Shown here one piece after another: positions 1 through 12,070 of a DNA stretch of 64,000 bases. The DNA is from Camelus ferus (lineage: Eukaryota): positions 102,302,001-102,366,000 of the forward strand of contig NC_045697.1 in assembly GCF_009834535.1 (NCBI RefSeq), in the 5' to 3' direction. Under the pieces are notes generated by a model that saw only the letters and a list, made by a program, of their open reading frames with translations, had not been told where the DNA came from and ran no database searches. The number at the start of each line of letters is the position of its first letter. Position 1 is the first letter of the stretch. A program made the translations under genes and the position numbers.

Positions 1-229
1 CAATTTCCCAGAATCTAAGGAAATGAAGTGACATATTAACAACTGGCTCAATCATCTCTTCATTTCTTTTAACATTAATTCTTAGCATCAATAACATAAT
101 ATGTTAGAAAATAGCACATCTCATGTTTAACTGTAGTCCATTTCTCCATGGAGGATCAAAAACTGTCAAGTCTTTGAGGCAAACCTTGAAACACAAATAG
201 ATGTTCTCACTAGGCAGAAAGAAGTATTC

Positions 230-1560
230 TTGGCATAGGGAGGGGTTTGAGTAAAGACACGAGTGTGAACCAGCATGGCAAGATCCAAGAACTGCTAGTT
301 GTTCTGTAGACAAAAGTATAAGGTAAGTTTGAGGACAGAGAGACGTGGAAGCACTGAGAACTGAAGCCAGAGAGGTGAGAGAAATCAAATTGTGGTGGTT
401 CTCTAGACCAGGTGAAGATATTTGAACTTTGTTCCTATGTGAAATGATAAACAGTTTTAAACTTTCAGTTTGTGCTTTAGAAAGACTTGTCTTAAAGATC
501 AGTGGGGAGTAATCAGAAAATAGATAAACAACAAGTTTCTACTCTATAGCACAGGGAATTATATTCAATATCTTGTAGTAACTTATGGTGAAAAAGAATA
601 TGAAAACGAATATATGTATGTTCATATATGCCTGAGGCATTATGCTGTATGCCAGAAGTTGATTTAACATTGTAAACTGACTATACTTCAATAAAAAAAT
701 ATTTAAAAAAAGAAAAGGAGTAAAGCTGAAAGCAGAAAATTAATTAGGAATTCATTGCAGATTAGGAGAAACCAAAATATACATGAATAATAGGGGATGA
801 AGAGGAAATAGACAAATACAACAGTTATTAACAAGCAAGAATTGGTCAGACTTAGTCATATTTGAATGGTGCCACCCACCATGACTTGAAACCAAGAAAC
901 TTCATAATGACTGCATTTAGATTTGCTGATTTTGAGGCACCTATTGGACATGGGCAATTGGAGATCCTACGAAATTTATCTGGCTTAGATATACAGATTT
1001 TGATAGAATCAGAAAGTTATTTCCTTATTGGGCTGAAATCTCCCTTGCAGCTTTTGCTGAAGAAGAGAAAGAAAAGTCAGCTCTTAATGATTTCTTATAA
1101 GGCATTTATTCTTCATTCATGCAATCAGTCAATATTTCCTCCTGTACTCCTCTCCTCCACAAAGCTTATGTGCAAAATGGTGGAGGGATAGTAAGGCAGT
1201 GGACAGATAAATACACAAAATGATTGCAGGTTAAGATAAACACCCTAGAGTAAGTAACAGAGAGCTATTTATAAAGAAAAATAGTCTAAGGGTTATTTAG
1301 ATAGAATGATTATGAAAGACCTGTCTTTGGAAGTTCCCTTAAAATGATACTTGAAAAATGAGAAAAGGATGTGCAAGATGCCAAGAAGTTCCAGGCAGAG
1401 AACAGCAAGAATGAATACCTGGAGGAAGGGAAAAAAAAATTGATGTAGCCTGGGAAATATTAGAAGTTCAGGCAGCCTGGAAAACACAGGCTTACAACAA
1501 TAGTGAAGCGATAGGTGGAAAAAAGATCATGCAAGAAAAGATTTACAGATGCCTCATAGT
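230..1560 (-). mobile_element. Degraded L2 LINE remnants (several fragments, interrupted by an L1 3' end)
   Basis: Purine-rich decayed blocks typical of antisense L2 (e.g. 'ttccaggcagagaacagcaag', 'ttcattcatgcaatcagtcaatatt'). Boundaries are approximate. Confidence 0.45.
517..716 (+). mobile_element. 5'-truncated L1 3' UTR, cetartiodactyl/camelid type
   Basis: 'tagataaacaacaag...tatagcacaggga...attgtaaactgactatacttcaataaaaaaa' followed by an A-rich tail. Closely similar to the copies at 5571 and 62690-62870. Confidence 0.9.
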
Positions 1561-4012
1561 TCTAGGGTTTATAGCAGAAAAAAAATTCACAGTCATAAAA
1601 ATAAAGTGTGGAAAACTGGAACTTCGTTATTTTCCCTATTCCTGATTTGATATTCATTCTCAAGGGTTCATTTCTGCTGATGATATAGGATTTTGTCTTG
1701 AAAATTCGGACCAAACTTTGTCCATTTGGATTTTTCTTAGCTTCTTTTGAGTCAAAGTCAGTCACTTTAGGCTCTCCCTTCACCATTCTCCTTCTCTTTT
1801 CTCCGGTAATGATCTAAATTATTGAATAGGTAGAAGTAAGAATGAGAGACAGAGAGTGAGGGTTTTAGTTACATACCCTGATTTGTCTGCTATGATCTTG
1901 GCTTATTTCTTTGTCCTGGGGTTCCATCTTGTTTAACAATTATTCCATAGTTTTAAATTTTAATAAAGTATTATTAATAAAAAATAATTTAAAATTTTTT
2001 TTATTAAAATAATCTGGAATGGGTTTGGTAGACCTGCCCTTTGTACCTGTAGCCTCCACATTGGTCTCCAGTTGTTTGTAAGACTTGAACACTGTTCTTA
2101 CTTTACATGTGGTAAAGCTGAAGATGACCAGTGATGACCTGCCTCTATTTTTTAACCTTTTCTAGACTCAAGGGAATTAACTTTTTCCTCTCCAGCTCAG
2201 CACATGAGGCACGTACCAATATACAATGAAATGCTTTGGATCATGAGCAACTGGGAAAGGCACATTGATTTATATCCTAAGTGGTAGGGCAAGTATTTGA
2301 CACTCTGCCCCTGCTGGTCACTTGGTGTAACAGCCAGTTGGGCAACAGTCACGGCCTGTGATATATGGAAAACCACTCACTGGGAATAGAATGGAAAAGT
2401 AGACATTAGATATCATGAAACATGTGCAGAAAGTAGAGGTTGAGTGTTACTGATGTAGAATACACAGAGACAGTGCTCTGAGTGTTCTTGTTGAGGGTGG
2501 TTTTGCTATTTATTGTATGTTGTAAATCTGAAGGTCATTTTGCAATGTATTCTTTGACATGTCGGTCAAGAGACAGATAGAACATGAGTCTTAGATGGCA
2601 GTGCCGATCTTTACATTTCTCCAGGGATGTGATAAAGCTTTTTATTTACTGTCCTGGTTAGGGTGGGGGGAGTTCCAGTTTCCATTTGGCCCTTCCTGTG
2701 TGAGAGAGCTAATGTGGGAATTCTGCCAGTGGTTAAGTATGTTTATTCCAATTACAAATCCAGAAACTGGGGAAATAACAACAAAGTGGCTTTGAGGACC
2801 TACTGAGCTCAGGGTGATTCACACCTGGGCTAAAACTCTGTTTCGTTACTTGACCACCATAAAGGCCTATTGTCACTAATGGATTGGAGTAGTGTTTGGG
2901 GTTTTAAGAAATTAGCATTATTTCAGAGTTGGTGTATAGTGATCAAGAATATATATATATATATAATAGTCATTTTAATAAATAGCCATAGTTTCCTTGG
3001 AAGATGATTATAGCATACATTTGTGGCAGTGTTGAAGGTTCCTTCCTCAAGAGTGAGGATCTTTCCCATCAAAGAGGAAGCTCTAGGTCTGTGAACTGGC
3101 GTACATCTAGAAACTGAGTTGGGGCCATAATTCTCCATTGTGGTGATTCAAGTCACATTTTGGTTACTAGATCTGGAGTCTTCCCTGTTATATAGATAAA
3201 GAAATATTTTAGAAAGCTACCCATCCATATCATTCCTTGGGGAATGGTGATGAATCAGCCCCTGCCAAAGATTCCTGTAGGTCAAAACATTTGATTGCAC
3301 TACACCTCTGCTGCCCTTCATTGTGAATACAGCCAGCTTGCCCTTGGTTTTTAAGAGCTCTTGACCTCTGCTACCCTGGGACTGAAATCAGGGCACCCAT
3401 CTCAATGGTGGCACCCCCCCACCATCATGTCCCCCTCCATCATATCCCTCGCCATCACACCCAGCCAGCAGAGAACTGACACCAGAGATACTTTCAAAGG
3501 TACAGATGCTCCTGTCACTAATTTATTTCTCAAAATCTTAGGGGAAGGGGCATCCTGTGGGCCTTCTCCTAGGATGGAATTGAGGAGTGGGAGTATAGAT
3601 TACACGAAGAAATCCACTCCAAAACTTTCATCTCCTGAAACCTCTGAATTCTTTTGTTTATGTTATGCCAGGGAAGTTCTGGCATAGGCCAGTGTTGAGT
3701 CGAATATTTAGTCAACCAGCCAAATAAAATGGCTAGCATCATTTCCATATGCTTTAGTGTAACAGTCAGGCTTCAGTAAGAGAAACAGAACCAGTACGCA
3801 TGATATAGACTATGAGATTTATGATAGAACCTTGACCTTATGCACTTGTGGGAGCTAATTAAACAGTTTATATGTGAATGTTGGCTTCTGCATCTGGTGC
3901 TGGGCCTGAGGTCAATAGGGCAGGAAGTGGAAAGGAAAGGTTAACACTGAAGCAGGGCAGTGAAGAAAAAAACCGGAATCTGTGAGAATGAGCTGGAACT
4001 CATGTTGGTTTC

Positions 4013-5001
4013 TGTTGCAGGCATCAAGATGTTCCCATCCTAACACTCAGAACCTGTGACTATGCGACCCTACGTGACAGAGGAGAATTAAGGGTGTGCA
4101 TTGAATTAATGTTGCTAATCAGCTGATGTTAAGATAGGGAGGTGTAATGGGAGAAAGACAGGAGGGATAAGGCATGGGAGGAACTTGACCCACTATGTTT
4201 AGCTTTGAAGATGGAGGAAGGGGGCCAAGAGCCTAGAGATAAGGGCAGCTTTTAGAAGAAGGGAATGGCTGCCAACTGGCAGCTGCAGAAAATGGGGACC
4301 TTGTACTACAACAGCTAGGAAATGAACAACATCCTGCCGACGTCCTGAATGACTAAGGAAATGGATTCTCTTTAGAGCCTTCAGAAGGGAATGTAATGGG
4401 GAAGAGCAGGTCTGACTCCACGTTGGATCTGCTTCTTTTACTTGAACCTTTGTCTTCCGTTGCTTTTGCTACAAGTTAATCACTAAGGGATGTTGCCTAT
4501 AATATTAAATTATACATAATGGCCCATCTCTGGGAACCCTGCCTCCCAGGTAATGAACGTTAAGCTAAAACCCCTTTGTTTAGCTCACAGGAGACATCCT
4601 GACCAGGCCCACCTGTGAACGGCTGCAGAGGAAGGAATGAACACATCCCCTCCTGAGGCTGACGGGAACCAGGAAATGTTTGACTTTACTCTCTCCCCTT
4701 TGAATGTAAAAGAAGCATGAATTCTAACTCAGGCAAGATGGTTCTTTGGGATGCTAGAACCACCATCTTCTCCGTCTGCTGGCTTTCCAAATAAAGTCAC
4801 TATTCTTTGCCCCAACAACTGCCTCTCACTTTATTGGCCGGTCATGCGGCGAGCACGACAAGCTCGGACTCGGTAACAGGAATGCGATCCAGCCAACACT
4901 CTCAGATGTCTGACCTACAGAACTGTAAGATCATTCGCTTGGTTGTTTTAAGTCACTAAGCTTGTGGCAATTTGATAATGCAGCAGTATAAAAGTAACAC
5001 A
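4013..5001 (+). mobile_element. MLT1 (ERVL-MaLR) solo LTR, split into 4013-4391 and 4879-5001
   Basis: MLT1-like blocks 'cagaacctgtgactatg', 'tttgaagatggaggaagggggcca' and 'tctgacctacagaactgtaagat...ttaagtcactaag...taacaca'. Degenerate 5-bp TSD gtttc/atctc. Confidence 0.8.
4392..4878 (+). mobile_element. ERV1-class solo LTR
   Basis: Termini TGTAAT...GGTAACA, AATAAA near 4790, perfect 4-bp TSD GGAA (4388-4391 and 4879-4882). Both ends resemble the LTR at 13558. Confidence 0.9.
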
Positions 5002-5473
5002 ATCTCTCACCACTTCCAAGCTTTCAACTTCGATTGTGTGGCCTGCAGAAAAAGCCGGCACCCTTTGTTTTGGTACTTGGCCTGGAACTCAGAGAAGCTG
5101 AAGGAGAAGATGAAGGTAGAGGAGCTGCGGCCAGGCTGCTACCCCAATGCCAGCAAGGGGACCCTGCAGATCATGGATCTGTGCGAGCTCCCCAGCATGG
5201 AGCCAACATTCTTGTTCCTCCACATCCACTTTACAAACCACAGATGACAGATGTCGTGTGGCCCACACTAACCCAGCTCTGCTCACAGAAAAGAATTCTG
5301 ATAAATGTTGCTCCCGCTGAGTTAAGTTAATGTGGTATCAATCTTCCACAAAGAACTAGCACGTTCAATCTGGAATCATCGGTAAGTGAACCCATATCAA
5401 TAAATTTGGCCTGATTTAGTGTTATATTCTGTCTTGCTTGGTCTAACACCATGAAAATTTATTCCCACATCTA

Positions 5474-5911
5474 CAGCCATCCCTTGGTATTTGTTGGGGA
5501 TTTGTTCCAGGACCTCCTCAGATACTAAAATCCATGCGTGTTCAAGTCCTTTATATAAAATGGCATAGTAGAATATGAAAAGGAATATATGTATGTATAT
5601 GTGTGACTGAAACGTTACTCTATACACCAGAAATTGACACAACATTGTAAACTGACTATACTTCAATAAAAAAATTTTAAAAATTAAATGGTATAGTGTT
5701 TGCACATAACTTACAAACATCCTCCTATTTACCATATAAATCATCTCTAGATTGCTTATAACACCTAAACAATGTAAACGTTATGTAAATAGTTGCTAGC
5801 ACATGGCAAATTCAAATTTTGGAACTTTCTGGAATTTTTTTTCCAAATAGTTTTGATTTGGGGTTGGTTTAAAACATGAATGCAGATTCTGTGGATATGG
5901 AGGGCCAATCG
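5474..5911 (+). mobile_element. MER2/MER2B-like Tc1-mariner (Tigger) MITE, interrupted by an L1
   Basis: 'cagccatcccttggtat...ttccaggacc...aaatcatctctagatt...ggatatggagggcc', flanked by TA dinucleotides at 5472-5473 and 5912-5913. Confidence 0.85.
5571..5685 (+). mobile_element. Very short L1 3' end inserted in MER2
   Basis: L1 3' UTR with AATAAA and A-tail. TSD aaatggcatagta (5558-5570) / aaatggtatagtg (5686-5698), 11 of 13 bases matching. Confidence 0.88.
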
Positions 5912-6473
5912 TATCCCCCAGGTTTATGTCGGTATAAATCTTCCAGTTCTCTTGGAATATAATATAATAATATAATATTTCCTCCTGGGTTAAAACTTGT
6001 AATTTCTACCCAGAAGCACAATGAGATCTAACTGTAACATGAGTATAGAGGCCACGGGGATATTTGGAGGGGCCTTAAAAAAATCTGAACATTGCATGAC
6101 TAAATTCCCCAGTTAGAGTCATTACAGGCTGTTCAAACACAGAGAAGGATATTGCCCTTAGACATGGAGGACACGCTATTTTCACTGACGAGAAAGGATC
6201 GTCATTACTCAGGGGTCCCCATTTCTCAGCTTCAACTGAGTCCAGTCAGATGCTCTCATTCCCAGTTTCAGGGTCCCACTTCTGCCCAATCAATGCCTTG
6301 ACTTTCACATGACATATTTGGAAAAGCTGTGAATTCAAATGACGTTGTAATTCTGCAACCCAAACAATTAAACACTGGGTTTAATTTTCCAGCTATATTG
6401 GCCGCATTGCTCTAAAAAAAGTAAGAGATATTTGTTATAAAAATAGAGCTTTTAAGACTTTCAGACAAACTGT

Positions 6474-6475
6474 TT

Positions 6476-6559
<84 letters not shown>

Positions 6560-6581
6560 TTCTTTCTTTCTTTCTTTTTTT
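6474..6581. repeat. (TTTC)n microsatellite, about 100 bp
   Basis: Directly visible tandem array. It produces the spurious KERK-rich minus-strand ORFs. Confidence 0.98.
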
Positions 6582-6945
6582 GATTTGAGCTGAGGGCTTA
6601 AAGACCTGGGCTTGTTGTTTTCGTTTGACGAACGCCCCCCTGCCATCAGAAGAATCCATCCGATGCCAACAACTTACAGTCATCATTATTCCCTTAATGG
6701 TCAAGTAATGCAGTCATTTTCCCCCTAAATACTTAACTTCAGTAGGAATATTATTATAACTAACCACAGGTCAATTAATTTGATTAATTTTGATGCCATT
6801 GCATGTAACAAATTAATAGCATCTCATTTCACCTTGGCAAGGGCTCAACACTTCATTCAAGTCCAAAAACACAGCCAGACCATTTACCAGATCCCAACTT
6901 CAAGGGCTTGCTTCCAGAGTCTACTCCCTCCCTCACAGTAATTAT

Positions 6946-7790
6946 TATACCAGTCAGGGTCCAGTAAAGAGACAAAAACCGCACCAATCATTTGAACAGA
7001 GAGAATTTAATATAATGAATCTGTAACTAGGTATCAGGATGTTAAATGAGTCATTGACTAGGTAAAAAGAAAACCCTAACATAACTCAACAGGGAACAGG
7101 AACACTAAAGTATCAATGAAATAACTCCTAAAGGAAGTAACTGCTACCCTCAGGGCTGAGAAATGAATCTGGTTCTGAAAATCTAGATTCACCTACCGCT
7201 GTGGGAAGACCCTGCTCTCGACGGGGTGAAGATTCCTTGCTAAAGGGTTGTACACAGGAATCGACAGCATACAGGTACTAACTTGCAGCTGTAAGATGAG
7301 TAAGGTTTGAGGATCTAGTGTAAAACATGGTGATGATAGTTGATAATACTGTATTATAAAACATACACATTCTAAGAGAGTAGAACTTACAATGTTCTCA
7401 CAAAATAAATCAATAGATAAATAAATGTATTAATATGCGAGAGGATGGATGGTTAATTAACTAGATGGGGGAAATCCTTTCACAATGTATATGTTTATCA
7501 AATCACCACGATATACACTTTAAATACCTGACAATCTTATTGGTCAGTTATACATCAGTACCACCCCACCCCCACCCCACCCCCACCAAAATCACACAGG
7601 AAGCCCATGGGAAATAAACAGAAAAAGGCAAGTTTCTTCATCATTCTCCAGCCTGGCAGTCCTCCTCTTACTCCCCTATTATCAGAGCTTAATAAGGACC
7701 AACTGTCAGAATTTGGGTTTACAAAATTCATCTTCAGCATCACAAAGCAGAATCTAGAAGGGTGGATTTGAAGTTGAAAATAAAATTCTG
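6946..7790 (-). mobile_element. Ancient LTR (LTR78/LTR79-like), interrupted by an L1
   Basis: 'ccagtcagggtccag...agagaatttaatata' at the start and 'cagcatcacaaagcagaatctagaagggtggatttgaagttga' at the end. Family assignment is from recall. Confidence 0.55.
7261..7593 (+). mobile_element. Older L1 (L1MA-type) 3' end with a (CCCCA)n-converted tail
   Basis: 'gaggatctagtgtaaaacatggtga...aatgttctcac...ttcacaatgtatatg..tatcaaatcacc'. Apparent TSD acacaggaa (7252-7260 and 7594-7602). Confidence 0.8.
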
Positions 7791-7799
7791 TGAAAATTG

Positions 7800-9800
7800 G
7801 CATATTCAGTAAATTTTTTTTTCTTTTGCAATAAGCCCTTTTAGCACCAATATGCTAATGCATGCTTAATGAATAATTAAATACTAAATTTCCATTTCTC
7901 AAGAGAGTTGATGGCAAAAATAGAAATTGCTCAAAATAGTTTTGATTTTATGGAGGCTGTAGAGATACCACCAGTCCTGGAAGCAACAAATATGCTGAAT
8001 ATAGCGGCATCCACATAAAAGTAATTGATTAATTTTAGAAAACAGTACTGAAATACATCAATTTCACAGGTGCATCTGCAGGAAGTGTGTTTATATATTA
8101 CTCTGAAACATGACTTTTCATTGAAATCAAGTAACTTTCCTTCTAAACTGATTTCATTCATTTCTGGATCCAAAAGTTTCCTGCATATCCATGGAGAGTG
8201 AATTGATAGCTGTAATATGCTGGTTTTATTGGCAAAAGAATCTGTAAACAGTTACAGGATGCCATTTGTAAAAGTTTGATTGCAGGCTTCTTGTAGAAAA
8301 CCAGTTATTTCCATAACTGATTGGATTTCTTTCATCAAATTCATATAATAGTAAAGCTTTTGGAAGGTCAACCTTTGAAAATGAATCCATTGTATGTTCA
8401 ATTAAAAAGTTCAACATTGAATGTATGATTATTTGCTTTGCAGTATTAATATGGATACAAATTTGGCAGAGTATGGCACATCATGGATAAAATAATGGTC
8501 TTACTAAGTTAAGAAACATATAGAGAAAAATATTCCTAAATATTCCTAAAATTGGGGGTGGTAGACAAACAAGTTATAATAACATCATCCAATAAACTGC
8601 AATAACCTATCATTTGAAATAGAAACTGTGGGTGTCAAAATGTATAAACATTAGAGTTAAGTAACTATACTACAACAGTTTTTAAATAAAAACTATGTTT
8701 AGTACCCCAAAAAATAAGTTTGCAAGGCCATATGTGCTTTCTCTCTTGCTGTGTATCTTCAATCAGATTTTAGAAATGTGTCAGCTCACTTCAAGAGAAC
8801 TACTTTGCAAATCAACCTATGAACCCTATAATGGCATTGCATATTTTCTTAAACAACTCTGAATTTAAAAAAATGATCAGAAATCTTTTATCAAAATGTC
8901 CAAGGACTTGGGAGCCAGAAAACCTCAGGTTTTGCAAGAACTACAAAGGCAAATTCATCTTTACAAAAGCAGGGAGGTGAACAAAGTAAATGATGAGCCC
9001 TCAAACAGTGTACAAGATTTAATTTTAAAATTCTGTAAATTCCTTTGAAATGACTTGTAGAAAAAAAAAATCTTTTGACCAAATTTCATTTTTGTAATTG
9101 GATTATATTTTTTACTGGAATGGAATAAAATTGAAAAGAACTGTGGTTTTGCAGCATCTATTTGGCAAAACACTAAAAAATTATGAATTTATTCTATGAG
9201 CTTTGCCTTATAAAGTACTTGTAGAGAAAAATTCTAAATTGAAGTAAAAAGACAGTACCTATAAAAATATTGATACCACTATACATTTCATAAAAATTAG
9301 AATTGAGAATATTCTCTCCTCAGTAGAATTTCCTCTAAACTTACTAGGTAACTCAGCACCTCTAAATATCTTCTCAATTAAAATGCTATATAGTCTAAAG
9401 AGAAAAGCAAATATGTATCCTTTTCAAATATATTTATATAAAATGTAACTGAAGATTGCAGGCAAGTTTTGGAAAAAAAAATAAAAAGACTAAGATCATA
9501 TTGAAATAATACATTCTCTAGAAAAATATTAGGGAATCAGTATTAGAGAAAGATACAGTTTGTGCTATTTTTTAAAATTTAGGCAATCAACACAAATAAT
9601 TTTTATATTTTCCTTTAATCCAAAAGAGCATATGCCATTTTGCATTTTGGAAATAATTTGATTTTTGAAAATCACTTTTGTAAAGAACAAATTTTATACA
9701 TCAACCAATGTAATTAATATAGCCAATTGGTTCTTCAATGAAAAAATATTTCAAAAATACATTTCTAATTAATTTTAATGTATCCTTTCATTCTCAAAAG
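7800..9800 (+). mobile_element. Decayed hAT DNA transposon (BLACKJACK-like) transposase fossil
   Basis: Frameshifted coding remnants: KHDFS near 8106, (R>C)FLS near 8736, and IENILSSVEFPLNLLGNSAPLNIFS at 9302-9376, which resembles the hAT C-terminal LSLPGxSAxxERxFS motif. Overall similarity to the BLACKJACK consensus is from recall. Confidence 0.75.
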
Positions 9801-9813
9801 TATCTTGGCTTCG

Positions 9814-10175
9814 TGTCTTATTCTGCTTAGGCTGCTATAATGGGTGGTTTAGACAATATACATTTATTTTCTCACAGTTCTGGAGCCTAGATGTTTGAGG
9901 TCAAGGCAGCAACACAGTCAGGTTCTAGGTTCTGGGTTCTGTTAAGAGTTTTTTTCTGGCTTGCAGAAAGCCATAAGTTCTCATATGATGAGGAGGGAGA
10001 GGCTATGCTACTATGCTCTCTGGTATCTCTTCTTGTAAAATATTAACCCTATCACAAGGGCCCTGCCCTCATGGCTTCATCTAAATGTAATAAAAAGCCC
10101 CATCTCCAAATACCGTAACATTGGGATTAAGACTTCGACATACACATTTTGTGGGACACAGTTCTGTCCAGAGCA
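9814..10175 (-). mobile_element. MLT1A-like (MaLR) solo LTR
   Basis: 'tgtcttattctgcttaggctgctataa...ctcacagttctggag...catctccaaatacc...ttttgtgggacacagttc'. Confidence 0.85.
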
Positions 10176-11453
10176 CGTGAACAGTAAATTTGGAGGCTCA
10201 ATCTTATGACTCTTACTATCATGGAGTGAGACACATCTGGCCCATTGCCACTGGATTCCAGATGCCTTGCTTGTCCTTGGTTGTCCACATCCAAATCCAT
10301 TGCATCCAAATCAGCCTGAACATGTTTTCCTTTAATCTGTATTCCAAGAACAGGCCATATTTTATCCTCTTCTCCCTGTCTGTGGAAGATCTCTACTCTT
10401 CCGTCCCTCTCTTAGCCACTTCTGTCTTCCTCTTGGGAAGACAGCCCCTCATTTCCATCTTTCTAGGGGCTGTGGGATTCTGTGAGGCTGCCTACAGGCA
10501 TTTTGCCTAGACAGCTCATTCTGCCATTGTCACTCTACTGCTCAGACACCATGATGGATGTTGGGTTCCTCTATGAGGCTGGCAACTTCCATGGGAAGCC
10601 AGCCAATGAATGGTTCTCTGTGGGCTGGGATACCTTCAAAATAATCTGAGGTTTTAGTTGTCCCTCCCCACTTCTGACACTTGCCTGAGAAGGTAGTCAC
10701 CTGGTTCCTGTTCAGGGATTCATCACCCTTTAAGGTGACTAGTCACATCCGCTCTTATTTCTCCTTCCCAGAAAGTTGATTTTTGTCTCTTTTTGCTAAA
10801 GAGCTAGCTCTTAAATCATACCACATTATTTACATAGGCACAGTTTAAAATTTGGCTCTCATATTTTTAAAAAAATGCTTTTGGCACCCTCTATCAAATA
10901 ACTTCACACTTGTAGTCAGATGCCTTGGGTTTCAAGATTATTGTGGCTAACATGAGTTTAAAAACAACAATAAAAATTTAAATGACTTCATTGTTTACCA
11001 TCTCTGCCCTATTTCTAAATAATGAAACCTAGTGGCTTCATAGCGGAGCAGCAACAAGAATGCTGGAAAGACAAACCTTAATTATTACTTCAAAATGTCC
11101 TGCCAGAAACGTTGGAATTTTAAAACTGAACAAAACCCTTATAAATTATTCATCAAGTCCACCCTCTTGTTTTATGGACGTCATGTGTAAAGGGAGACCC
11201 AGAGAGACGAAATGATTGTCTTTTATGACTACACAGATTCTGAACAGCAGAGGTAGGAGGCCCACTGACGACATTTACCTCCATCAAATCCAGAACTGTT
11301 TCCGCAGATTTACGCCATTTCCTTCTAGATATGTTTCAATTTTTCTGAATTTCTCTCAAAAGGTGGCATCAAGAAATAGGGCACTTCAAGTGCATTCAGA
11401 ATATGGTAGAATTCTAGTCATCTGCTGGCTTCTGGATGCTACTATTTTCTAAG

Positions 11454-12070
11454 TGAGACAGGAAGGGGGCAGGGCACAGTCATTCAAGGAATAACACAGC
11501 AATTAACACCAGAATTTAACCCCTGGCAGGCCTTGAGGCTCAAGATGGTGGGAGATTTGACTTCTAGTAGACCTTGAGCTTCATTATACGCCCATTGTAA
11601 TATATTAGCATGGTGAATAACATGCCCACAGGCACCACGGCAGTCCCAAGGCTAGCCACAAAAGCCAAAGAGTGGAAAATAGCCAACTTCCTGGGAATCC
11701 CAGCCCCTTCCCCAGGCTAGTTAGATTGGTCCTTCCACTTATTAGCATATGAAGACACTGAGCCCATAAAAACTGGCAAAGTCTCGTGGCCAACCCCTCT
11801 CTCCCACTTTGGAGACAGCCTGCACTCTGTTTATGGAGTGTGTACCTACCTTTACTCTAATCTGAGCACCCAACCCCTACACCTTGTGGGCTTTTTCTTG
11901 CCTTTTTATATATCTCTAAATAAATCTACCTTTACTCAACTGTGGCTCACTCTTGAATTCTTTCCTGCGCGAAGCCAAGGACCCACACTTGGCAGAGCAC
12001 ATCACAGGGGCTCAAGCCGAAGCCTGGGACACAGCCGTCCTCACACCCCGTATCTGTTTTTCCTGCATCA
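11454..12070 (+). mobile_element. MER41-like ERV1 solo LTR
   Basis: Termini TGAGACA...GCATCA and TSD taag/taaa (3 of 4 matching). MER41-like blocks 'cattgtaatatattagcatg', 'ttagcatatg' and 'aataaa...gaattctttcctgcgcgaagccaag'. Confidence 0.85.

Larger units (their letters stand above)
3758..5350 (-). mobile_element. Ancient LTR (ERVL/Gypsy-like, subfamily uncertain), split into 3758-4012 and 5002-5350 by nested insertions
   Basis: Starts 'tgtaacagtcaggcttcag...agaaacagaacc', ends '...ccaca'. The sequence reads through across the MLT1 insertion ('catgttggtttc' / 'atctctcaccacttccaagc'). Confidence 0.6.

Noticed and set aside
2303..2320. CTCF-like motif (minus strand TGACCAGCAGGGGCAG); weaker ones near 6633 and 13288
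   Set aside because: The G-run length or key core positions deviate from CCASYAGRKGGCR, so they cannot be supported without a PWM scan.
6435..6704. Lys/Glu/Arg-rich ORFs on the minus strand
   Set aside because: They are translations of the (TTTC)n microsatellite.
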